32,000 bases of DNA from Caldimicrobium thiodismutans (lineage in GTDB: Bacteria > Desulfobacterota > Thermodesulfobacteria > Thermodesulfobacteriales > Thermodesulfobacteriaceae). Below the pieces are notes generated by a model. It saw only the letters and a program-made list of their open reading frames with translations, searched no databases and was not told the origin of the DNA. The position numbers were made by a program, and so were the translations under genes. The stretch lies in NCBI RefSeq assembly GCF_001548275.1, contig NZ_AP014945.1, positions 1,470,001 through 1,502,000 on the forward strand, given 5' to 3'. Positions 23,073 to 30,802 of the stretch are shown here, one piece after another; position 1 is the first letter of the stretch; each line of letters begins with the position of its first letter.

Positions 23073-24953
23073 CTAATTTACTATTGGAAGTTCAATTATA
23101 AAATTAGCACCTTTAGCTCTTTCCTCAAGATATATTTTTCCTCCATGTTTTTCTACAATAGCAAGGCTTACTGCCAGGCCAAGGCCTGTGCCTTTGCCAG
23201 GAGGTTTAGTTGTAAAAAATGGTTCAAAGATTCTGGAGGCAATTTCCTTAGGAATTCCAGGCCCGGTATCCTCAAAGGAGATTAATATGTGGTTATCCTG
23301 CTTGAAGGTCCTGATTGTTAAAACCCTTTCCTGGGAATTTTCCATAGCTTGAAGGGCATTTAAAAGTATATTGAGAAAAACCTGTTCCATTTTTTCTTTG
23401 TCAATAATAATCTCAGGAAGCTCTGGGTCAAGAGATTTGATTACCTTGATTTGATACTTTTCCAGAAGGTATGAGCTTAATTCTAATAGATTTTCAAGTA
23501 AAGTGTTAATAGAGGACTTTTCGGGATTTAGTTCGGTAACTCTCGAAAAATTTAGGAGATCTCTGAGAAGCCTCTGAATTTTAAGGAGACCTTGCTCTAT
23601 GAGATTTAAATAGAGATTCCTGTCTTCTACTCTTAAATTCCCCTTTTTTAACTGGTTAAGCATCAAAAGTATTCCAGATAAAGGATTATTGATTTCATGG
23701 GCAAGTCCAGCCGAGAGCTGGCCTATAGCTGCCATTTTCTCTGTAAGAATAAATCTTTCTTCCATTTTCTTTTTTTCTGTTATATCTGCAAGCGTCTGGA
23801 CAACTTTTATGACCTCTCTTTCCTGATTAAATACAGGGTAGAAGGAGATCTCAAAGATTCTACCTTCTCCGTCCTCTATAATCTCTTTAAATTCTTTTTT
23901 TTCACTAAAGACCCGATTGAGGAGCTCCCGCTGACACTTTTTATAAGGACTTTCCAGAAAGGCCTGATTGAAGATTTCTGGTTGACAATCTTTATTAAGT
24001 AAGACAATGGGGTAGGTTATACTTTCAAAAAGGGTCTCTAAGGTTTTTAAATTTTCCTGTAAGGCCCTTTGAGAAAAATAAAGGTGATGCGAAAGCTCGT
24101 TAAAGGACTCAATTAATTCACCTATTTCATCAGTCCTTTGAAGGCTAAGCTTAGTATTAAGTTGAATCTGGCGACCCTTTATAGCTTTAAAGTGCTCATT
24201 CATTCTTTTTAAGGGTTTTAAAATTAGGGTATAAAAAACCCCCTCCAGGGTTAAAAGAAAAAAAACTGCTGAAATAAGACTCAGTATGAAAAGAGAGAAG
24301 ACCAAATTTTTGACCTCTAAGGTAGCCTCCCTTATGGGGTATTTAATTAGTTCTATACCCATAAGATCGCCTTCTTTCCATGGAAAGTCTTTCTTTAGGT
24401 TATAGAGTTTTACAAGACTTTGAGGTGCAGAATTAATTGCTCCGTGGCATAAAAGACAGGTTTTTTCTGCATAAATTGGCTTAACAATAACAACATATTC
24501 CTCTTTTTGCCATTTAAAAAGCCCCTGCCATTTCTCTTTAGGGAGATCCTTAGTAATCTTACTAAGAAGGTTATTATGAAACTCCTGAAAGGCATTTTCA
24601 GGATTGATAGGATTAAAAGAGACCCTTTCAAATTCAACCTCTGGAAAAGTTTCCCTAAAATAACTAATTACTCGCTTGCGGACATGTGTTGTTGACATGG
24701 CCTCAAGGATGAAGGCATCTTTATAGCCATGGGCTTTTAGAGTTTTTAACATAACTGGTCTTAAATCGTCTTTTACATATCTTCCCAGAGCATCTATTTG
24801 GGTTAAAACCATTTGCATCTTTTCAAAGGAAGATTTAATTAGACTGTCTTTGAGGTAAAAGTAAAGCAAAAAGGTCAAAGAGCCAATAAAGAGAAAAATT
24901 ATGAAGAGAAGGATTAAGAGGAACCTTGTGGAAAGGGATAGTTTTTTAAACAT
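23073..24953 (-). CDS. Sensor histidine kinase with periplasmic CxxCH (heme c, Tll0287/DUF3365-like) domain, HAMP, PAS
   Basis: Start trimmed to ATG 24953 (AAGAGGA SD). Two TM helices flank a roughly 200-aa periplasmic domain containing [10 protein letters not shown] (24444-24458). HEINNPL H-box, DTGPGIP and GTGLGLA ATPase boxes. Confidence 0.85.
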   Translation of the reverse strand: MFKKLSLSTRFLLILLFIIFLFIGSLTFLLYFYLKDSLIKSSFEKMQMVLTQIDALGRYVKDDLRPVMLKTLKAHGYKDAFILEAMSTTHVRKRVISYFRETFPEVEFERVSFNPINPENAFQEFHNNLLSKITKDLPKEKWQGLFKWQKEEYVVIVKPIYAEKTCLLCHGAINSAPQSLVKLYNLKKDFPWKEGDLMGIELIKYPIREATLEVKNLVFSLFILSLISAVFFLLTLEGVFYTLILKPLKRMNEHFKAIKGRQIQLNTKLSLQRTDEIGELIESFNELSHHLYFSQRALQENLKTLETLFESITYPIVLLNKDCQPEIFNQAFLESPYKKCQRELLNRVFSEKKEFKEIIEDGEGRIFEISFYPVFNQEREVIKVVQTLADITEKKKMEERFILTEKMAAIGQLSAGLAHEINNPLSGILLMLNQLKKGNLRVEDRNLYLNLIEQGLLKIQRLLRDLLNFSRVTELNPEKSSINTLLENLLELSSYLLEKYQIKVIKSLDPELPEIIIDKEKMEQVFLNILLNALQAMENSQERVLTIRTFKQDNHILISFEDTGPGIPKEIASRIFEPFFTTKPPGKGTGLGLAVSLAIVEKHGGKIYLEERAKGANFIIELPIVN

Positions 24954-25023
24954 AATGGTCCTCTTTACATCTGAAAAAGATTGTTTATATTTAATTTCAA
25001 TATATGAGTTTAGGAGGTTTGTG

Positions 25024-25515
25024 ATGAAAATCAAGGGAAAAATTGGTCTTTTCTTTCTGTTAACTTTTATAATTATAGCCTTAGCCCTTCCTCTTTCAGC
25101 AGGATCAGTAAATTTTTCTTTTAATACTTACGATGGAAAGAGATACAAGCTCTCTGATTTTAATGGAAAATATATTTTATTAAATCTTTTTGCCAGTTAT
25201 TGCCCGCCCTGTATGGTTGAATTGAAGGTCTTTCAAAAGCTTAATGAGACCTGTGGTCAAAGAGGGCTTCAGATTATTTCATTAATGATTGATCAGGAGG
25301 GAGCCTCTCTTCTTCCCAAAATTGTCTCCTCAAGAAACCTGACCTATCCTGTAGGTTTGGCTAATTCAGAGATTCTTAAAATCTTCAGTGATTTTTCTAT
25401 TACCCCCACTACCTATCTTCTTGACCCTAAGGGGCAGAGGATTGAAAAGTTTGTAGGCTATCATAGTTATAAAGAATGGGTAGAAAGTCTTACTAAATAT
25501 GTGAAGTGTAACTAA
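25024..25515 (+). CDS. TlpA/ResA-like membrane-anchored thiol:disulfide oxidoreductase
   Basis: Start trimmed to ATG 25024 (AGGAGG 5 nt upstream). Signal-anchor helix, then thioredoxin fold with ASYCPPCMVE (CPPC). Confidence 0.85.
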   Translation: MKIKGKIGLFFLLTFIIIALALPLSAGSVNFSFNTYDGKRYKLSDFNGKYILLNLFASYCPPCMVELKVFQKLNETCGQRGLQIISLMIDQEGASLLPKIVSSRNLTYPVGLANSEILKIFSDFSITPTTYLLDPKGQRIEKFVGYHSYKEWVESLTKYVKCN

Positions 25516-26564
25516 GGGAGGATCTCAAGAGAAGGAGGTCCTTCTGTAACCTCCCCCACAAGATATAAGCTATAAAAACCTTTTTCTATGGCCCTTTTTT
25601 CAAAAAATTCTTTTTTCTCCCTTGGGCAGGCAAGAAGTATTCCTCCTGAGGTCTGGGCATCAGCCAGAATAAATTTTTCTGCCGCTCCTATCTGAGGGTG
25701 AAATTTGACAAGAGTTTCACAATAATTAAGATTATCATAATCTCCCTCAGGGATTATCCCCTGTTTAACAAAATGGAGGGCCTCCTTGAGGTATGGAATT
25801 CTTTTGAAGTAAAAGATGAGTTTTTTTTCACTTGCGCTTGCCATCTCAAGGGCATGTCCAATAAGGCCAAAGCCGGTTATGTCTGTGGCAGTAGTTAGCC
25901 CTACCTCAAGCATTAATTCAGAGGGAACTTTATTTAGTTCTGTCATAAGCTCAATTATTTTTTGATAAATTGGGGATTCTTCATTAAAAAACCCTCCCTT
26001 AAAGGCTGTGGCAAGAATACCTGTTCCAAGAGGTTTAGTAAGATAGAGGAGGTCTCCAGCCCTGGCTCCTTTGGTAGTAATAATCTTTTCTGGATGGGCA
26101 ATCCCTACTACAGCAAGGCCATATTTTGGTTCAGGATCATCTACACTATGCCCCCCTACGAGAAGGGCTCCTGCTTCTTTAATTTTAGAAAGGCCCCCTT
26201 CAAGAATCCTTTTAAGTATTTCCCGGGGAAGACCTTTCTTTGGAAAGGAGATAAGATTTAAGGCAAGTAAAGGCCTTCCCCCTGTTACATAGATATCTGA
26301 AAGAGAATTAGTGGCAGCAATCTGGCCGAAAACATAGGGGTCATTCACAAGGGGAGTAAAAAAATCAGCGCTAAAGACTAAAGCGATATCAGGTGAGAGT
26401 CTGAAGATGGCTGCATCTGCTCCGTGTTCAAAACTTTGAAGAAGATCAGGATGCTCTGGAAGGGGGAGCTCCTTTAAGATCTCCGCAAGAAACTCCTGCG
26501 GAAGTTTAGCTGCTCAACCAGAGGCCTTAACCATTTGAGTAAGTTTAATCTCTTGCACATTCAC
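25512..26564 (-). CDS. selD: Selenophosphate synthetase, selenocysteine-containing (in-frame UGA at 26514-26516)
   Basis: The track ORF (25512-26348) is only the part after an internal Met. Extending the same frame upstream gives VNVQEIKLTQMVKASG-U-AAKLPQEFLAEILKEL...HGADAAIF...DFFTPLVNDPY, which aligns with E. coli SelD IRLTQYSHGAGCGCKI (Cys17-x-x-Lys20). Start is GTG 26564 (GGTGA SD) or ATG 26594. Confidence 0.85.
26483..26516 (-). other. UGA plus SECIS-like hairpin
   Basis: UGA, a 12-nt spacer (GCAGCUAAACUU), then CCGCAGG-AGUUU-CUUGCGG (7 bp including one G-U, 5-nt loop containing GU). This is the position expected for a bacterial SECIS. Confidence 0.65.
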
Positions 26565-27033
26565 TTGGATCACCTTTGATTTTGGAGACTCCATGCTCTA
26601 TAATCCCTATAAGGCTGGGCATAATTTCTTTTAAGGCTCTGGGGCTTCCCGGGAGATTAATAATAAGGGTCTTCTTTCTTAGGCCTGAGAGACCTCTACT
26701 TAAAGCAGCTCGGGGAGTTTTGGAAAAACTTATGTATCTTATATATTCAGCTATCCCTGGGATTTCTTTATCTAAAATATCCTTAGTTGCCTCCGGGGTT
26801 ACATCCCTGGGATGAACTCCTGTTCCCCCGGTAGTGAGGATAAGATCAAGCTCAAAATCATCACACCAGCTCTTAAGTAAGGCTATAATTTTATCTTTTT
26901 CATCAGGAAGAATCTGATAAAAGCAAACCTCCCAGCCCCTTTCTTCAAGAAATTTTTTTAAATATTCTCCGGAGAGATCTTCTCTTTCTCTCTTTGCGCC
27001 TTTATCACTTAAGGTAAGGATCCCACATCTCAT
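26545..27033 (-). CDS. mogA: MogA/MoaB-family molybdopterin adenylyltransferase
   Basis: 162 aa with LILTTGGTGVHPRDVTPEAT and INLPGSP. The ATG overlaps the upstream stop (ATGA). Confidence 0.85.
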   Translation of the reverse strand: MRCGILTLSDKGAKREREDLSGEYLKKFLEERGWEVCFYQILPDEKDKIIALLKSWCDDFELDLILTTGGTGVHPRDVTPEATKDILDKEIPGIAEYIRYISFSKTPRAALSRGLSGLRKKTLIINLPGSPRALKEIMPSLIGIIEHGVSKIKGDPSECARD

Positions 27034-28988
27034 TCTTCTTGAGATTTTGCTCCTGCCGAGGCAATCACCTTTTCAGCAACAAAGGGAGGTGCCTCCTCAT
27101 AATGGGAAAATCTGCTAATAAAATAACCCCTTCCACCTGTTAATCCATTGAGAGTTACAACATATTCAAGCATTTCGGCAAGAGGGGCCTGAGCTCTAAT
27201 TTTAGTCCTTTTACCTTCTTTTTCAAGGTTGAGAACTCTTCCTCTTCTTGAATTCAGGTCTCCGATGACATCACCTACAGTTTCATCAGGCACAAAGATC
27301 TCAAGTTCAATAATGGGTTCAAGGAGAGTGGGACTGGCTTGCTCTAAGGCCTTTTTAAAGCACTGTATAGCAGCAAGTTTAAAGGCAAGGTCTGAGGAAT
27401 CAACCTCATGAGATTTTCCATCATAAAACTGAACCTTTACATCCACCACAGGAAATCCTGCAAGCACTCCTTTTTCCATGGCCTCTCTGACCCCTTTTTC
27501 CACAGCAGGCACATAATTACGGGGAACATTCATTCCTGTAAGGGTCTCCAGGAACTCAAAACCTCTCCCCCTTTCCAGGGGGAAGACATTGAAGTGCACC
27601 TCTGCAAACTGGCCTCTTCCACCGCTTTGTTTTTTGTGGCGATAGATTACCCCTTGAACAGGTTTTTTAATGGTTTCTCTGTAAGGAACTCGGGGAAGGC
27701 TGGTTTTGACCTTTACTCCGTATTTTTCTCTCAATTTTTCAATGGTTTTTTCTATATGGATACTTCCAAGCCCGGAGATAAGAAGCTCCCGTGTTTCTTC
27801 GTCCCGATAAAAGTTTAGAGAAGGGTCCTCCTCTTTAATTTTACTGATGGCGGAGCTTATTTTATCTTCGTCTGCCCGGGTTTCAGGATGAAGGGCAAGG
27901 GTAAACATGGGTGTTGGCATCTCCGGGACCGGTAAAGCCTCTTTTAGAGGCTCTGTTGAAAAGGTATCCCCGGTTTTAAGGGCATCAACCTTTGCAAATA
28001 CTATTATATCTCCTTCCTTAGCCTCTTTCACTGCCTCAAGGCTATCTCCACGGGGTAGAAAGATTTGGGTGTATTTTTCTTCTTTGCCCTGAGAGGTAAT
28101 CAATTTGCTATCAGCCTTAAAGGATCCTTTAAAGATGCGCCCGAAGGAGAGCTTGCCAGCATAAGGGTCATAAATGGTTTTAAAGGTTAAACCGAATCCT
28201 GCATTGGTGTTTATTAAGGGGAAGGACCTCTCTGGATAGAATTCAAGAATTTTATTAAAAAAAACACCTACCCCCAACCCACTATATGCCGAGCCAATAA
28301 AAATTGGTATCATTTTTTGATTTTGAAGATTTATCTTTATTCCTTCAATCAGCTCATCCTTTGTTAAAAGGCCTTCTTCAAGATATTTTTCAATAAATTC
28401 GTCTTTGGCCTCAGCAGATACCTCAAGAAGCTGGTCTGATAAAGTTTGAGTCTTGTGGTCAAACATTTCTGGAATTTTTTCATAATTAATCTTCAGATTC
28501 TCTTCTATTATTTTCTTTTTCTCCACAAGGTCAACGAGAAAAAGGGGCTGTGTGGTATTAAAACCATATACCACAGGTATTTGTAATATCTCAAGCATAT
28601 CCTGAAGATCACAGATGGTTTGAGCCCACTGGGTCTTTTCTGCATCAATTTTGTTTATAAAGTTTATTAGAGGAAGCTTTATCTCCTTAGCCATTTCAAA
28701 GATGCGATAGATGTAATACTTAACTGGAACAGTTGAATCCACAACCAGCACTCCGAGGTCAGAAACGCTCATGGCCCATTTTAATTCTGCAATAAAGTTT
28801 TCTTCCCCTGGGGTGTCAATAAAATAAAAGGGGATGTCTTTAAAAAAGGCGCCATAAACCTTAATTGAGGAGGTAGGGCCTGGAGAAGAATTTTTAATTT
28901 TTCCCCCCATTTTAGTGATAAGCCCTTCAATTAAAAGGGTCTTTCCGCTTTCTGAGGCTCCTAAAAAGGTTATAACTTTACCCTTCAT
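27030..28988 (-). CDS. Divergent EF-G paralog (EF-G-2 / EF-G II-like translational GTPase)
   Basis: G1 GASESGKT, G3 DTPG, G4 NKID. Domain IV/V segments HKKQSGGRGQFAEVH, FYDGKSHEVDSS, GDLNSRRGRV. 652 aa. SD AAGGAGG. Confidence 0.8.
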   Translation of the reverse strand: MKGKVITFLGASESGKTLLIEGLITKMGGKIKNSSPGPTSSIKVYGAFFKDIPFYFIDTPGEENFIAELKWAMSVSDLGVLVVDSTVPVKYYIYRIFEMAKEIKLPLINFINKIDAEKTQWAQTICDLQDMLEILQIPVVYGFNTTQPLFLVDLVEKKKIIEENLKINYEKIPEMFDHKTQTLSDQLLEVSAEAKDEFIEKYLEEGLLTKDELIEGIKINLQNQKMIPIFIGSAYSGLGVGVFFNKILEFYPERSFPLINTNAGFGLTFKTIYDPYAGKLSFGRIFKGSFKADSKLITSQGKEEKYTQIFLPRGDSLEAVKEAKEGDIIVFAKVDALKTGDTFSTEPLKEALPVPEMPTPMFTLALHPETRADEDKISSAISKIKEEDPSLNFYRDEETRELLISGLGSIHIEKTIEKLREKYGVKVKTSLPRVPYRETIKKPVQGVIYRHKKQSGGRGQFAEVHFNVFPLERGRGFEFLETLTGMNVPRNYVPAVEKGVREAMEKGVLAGFPVVDVKVQFYDGKSHEVDSSDLAFKLAAIQCFKKALEQASPTLLEPIIELEIFVPDETVGDVIGDLNSRRGRVLNLEKEGKRTKIRAQAPLAEMLEYVVTLNGLTGGRGYFISRFSHYEEAPPFVAEKVIASAGAKSQEE

Positions 28989-29066
28989 TTTGACCTCCTT
29001 CTGCTAAATTTTAAATTAATATTATTTATAAAAATCCCTAAAAAAGCAAGAGAAAATTTCAAGGCC

Positions 29067-29167
29067 CCTTACATAGGTTCTGATCCTTAGTAGTAAAAAA
29101 ATTTCTTAAATCTCAAAAAATATGGGCTCATAAGCTATCTTGAAAACCATTTAAATTCTGGCAAAAT
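29067..29167 (+). repeat. Copy E (short form) of the dispersed element, facing the Rpn-type gene
   Basis: Left box ccttacataggttctgatcctta. Right box aaatctcaaaaaatatgggctcataagctatc (29108-29139), TTGAAA (29140-29145), 16 nt, CAAAAT (29162-29167), 6 nt, ATG 29174. Confidence 0.7.
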
Positions 29168-29173
29168 ACCTCT

Positions 29174-30172
29174 ATGTCAAAGAAGAAACCTCCTGTTCCC
29201 TATGACCTTTTTGCCAAGGCCTTCCTCAAAGACCCTGAAAACTTAAAAGGCTTCCTCTCAACCTTCCTCCCTGATCACATTAAAACTCATCTTGACCTTG
29301 ACTCCCTTAAAATCATCCCTGAAGAACAAGTTTCTCTCTCAAGAAAAAAGCGAGAAATCCCGGACCTTGTTGCTGAGGTTAATCTCCTTAGTGAAGGGCA
29401 ACCTTCAACCAAAGCCCATCTCTACATCCTTATTGAGCACAAAAGTGCACCTGATAAAAGGATTTACCTTCAGATTTTAAATTACATAACGGCATTAAAT
29501 GAAAAGTCTTTCAAGGAGGGGAAGGGGTATGTGCCTGTTTTACCTCTTGTATTCTATGAAGGGGATAAGCCCTGGGGGTATCCTGAAAGGATAGAGGAGA
29601 TATTTTCAGTGCCAGAGGGGTTAAAGGGAGAACTTTTTAAGGTTCATGTGGTAGATTTAAAGAGGGTAGAGGATGAGAAGATATTGGAGGTATTTGATAT
29701 TTTAGCAGGGCTTGGGTGTTATCTTTATTTAATAAAGGCGGAAGCAGGTAATTTTGAAGAGATGATAGATATGGTGGTAAGAGCGGTAAATAGGTTAATT
29801 GCGATAGGGGAGAAGGGGAGGTGGGAGATAGGGTTTTTAATTACGATATCTGAAATAAAGTTTAGGGTTGACGGGGAGGTAATCTGGTTTAATATATTAG
29901 ATAGGTGTGGAGAAGAGGGGGTAAAGATGGAATTAAAGAGCTTTTGGGATAGAGTGGGAGAGAAATTTTATCAGAAGGGGAAATATCAGGGGTTAATTGA
30001 GGAGGCAAGGGAGCTTGTGCTTGAGGCCATAGAGGTGAAGCTTGGGTATGTGCCTGAGGAAGTGAGGGAGAGGGTGGTAAGAGAGGAGGATAGAGGAGTT
30101 CTCAAGGAGTGGCTGAGGAAAATAATTCTTGCGAAGAATTCTGAAGATATCTTTCAACTTTTTGAAAATTGA
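29174..30172 (+). CDS. Rpn/YhgA-family recombination-promoting nuclease (PD-(D/E)XK, so-called transposase_31) with DUF4351-like C-terminal domain
   Basis: N-terminal YDLFAKAFLKDPENLKGFL, core PDLVAEV...HLYILIEHKS, C-terminal helical domain. No SD (leaderless-like). Confidence 0.8.
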   Translation: MSKKKPPVPYDLFAKAFLKDPENLKGFLSTFLPDHIKTHLDLDSLKIIPEEQVSLSRKKREIPDLVAEVNLLSEGQPSTKAHLYILIEHKSAPDKRIYLQILNYITALNEKSFKEGKGYVPVLPLVFYEGDKPWGYPERIEEIFSVPEGLKGELFKVHVVDLKRVEDEKILEVFDILAGLGCYLYLIKAEAGNFEEMIDMVVRAVNRLIAIGEKGRWEIGFLITISEIKFRVDGEVIWFNILDRCGEEGVKMELKSFWDRVGEKFYQKGKYQGLIEEARELVLEAIEVKLGYVPEEVRERVVREEDRGVLKEWLRKIILAKNSEDIFQLFEN

Positions 30173-30320
30173 TAATTTCATTATTTATTTAACCTATCTA
30201 ACTTTATCAACTGTTATGGCTTTATTAGAAATTTATTAAAATTTTAAACTCCTTCAACAAAATCATTTATTCAATTAAAATTAAAAGACGCTATTGAATA
30301 TTTCAAAAATAAGGATAGGG

Positions 30321-30456
30321 GTGCATAAGTTGAGATCTTTACATAAAAATAGGTGGAAATAGGTTAGAGGTGAGAAGTAGCAGAAAAAATCATCTTGAGT
30401 CACAAAAGATATGGACGCTAACAAGGCCTTGTCTTTTATGCTCAGGGCTATATAAT
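30321..30456 (+). repeat. Copy D (short form) of the dispersed element, facing the cytochrome c gene
   Basis: Left box gtgcataagttgagatctttacataaaaataggtgg. Right box gagtcacaaaagatatggacgctaacaaggcc (30397-30428), TTGTCT (30429-30434), 16 nt, TATAAT (30451-30456), AGGAGG, ATG 30482. Confidence 0.75.
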
Positions 30457-30481
30457 TAAAATACATAAAAAGGAGGAAACT

Positions 30482-30796
30482 ATGAAAAAGTCAGTATTAT
30501 TAATGGCTCTTATCTTTTTACCAACCTTAGGGTTTGCCTCAAATGGAGAAGAGATTTTTAAAACTAAGGGGTGTGGTGGTTGCCACTCTAAAGAATATGA
30601 CTCTTTTGCCCCATCCTTAAAGACTATTTCTAAAAGTTATTACAAGAAAAATCAGGAGTTGAAAGATTATTTACAGGGAAAAAAGCCTGGCCTTATCAAA
30701 GGTGAGCCTAAGACCATGAAAGGTTTTATTAATATTACTAAAAAACTTAGTGAAAAAGATCTCTCCGCCCTTATAGAGTATTTACTTTCCTTTTAG
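30482..30796 (+). CDS. Small secreted mono-heme c-type cytochrome
   Basis: Signal peptide MKKSVLLMALIFLPTLGFA, heme-binding CGGCH, 104 aa. Confidence 0.85.
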   Translation: MKKSVLLMALIFLPTLGFASNGEEIFKTKGCGGCHSKEYDSFAPSLKTISKSYYKKNQELKDYLQGKKPGLIKGEPKTMKGFINITKKLSEKDLSALIEYLLSF

Positions 30797-30802
30797 TATC
30801 TC

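Noticed and set aside
25698-26292. Plus-strand ORFs antisense to selD (25698-25898, 25962-26261, 26071-26292) and similar antisense ORFs in the EF-G paralog, kinase, regulator, mqn and mtaB genes
   Set aside because: They are all nested in strongly supported genes, lack SDs and have unnatural composition.
27030-28988. Calling the GTPase upstream of selD the selenocysteine elongation factor SelB
   Set aside because: It has EF-G domain IV/V sequences and is 652 aa long. SelB is EF-Tu-like with a winged-helix C-terminus.
29174-30172. Treating the Rpn/YhgA-type gene as an active IS transposase
   Set aside because: I found no terminal inverted repeats or target-site duplications in the flanks. 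The flanking similarity belongs to the promoter-bearing repeat family instead.
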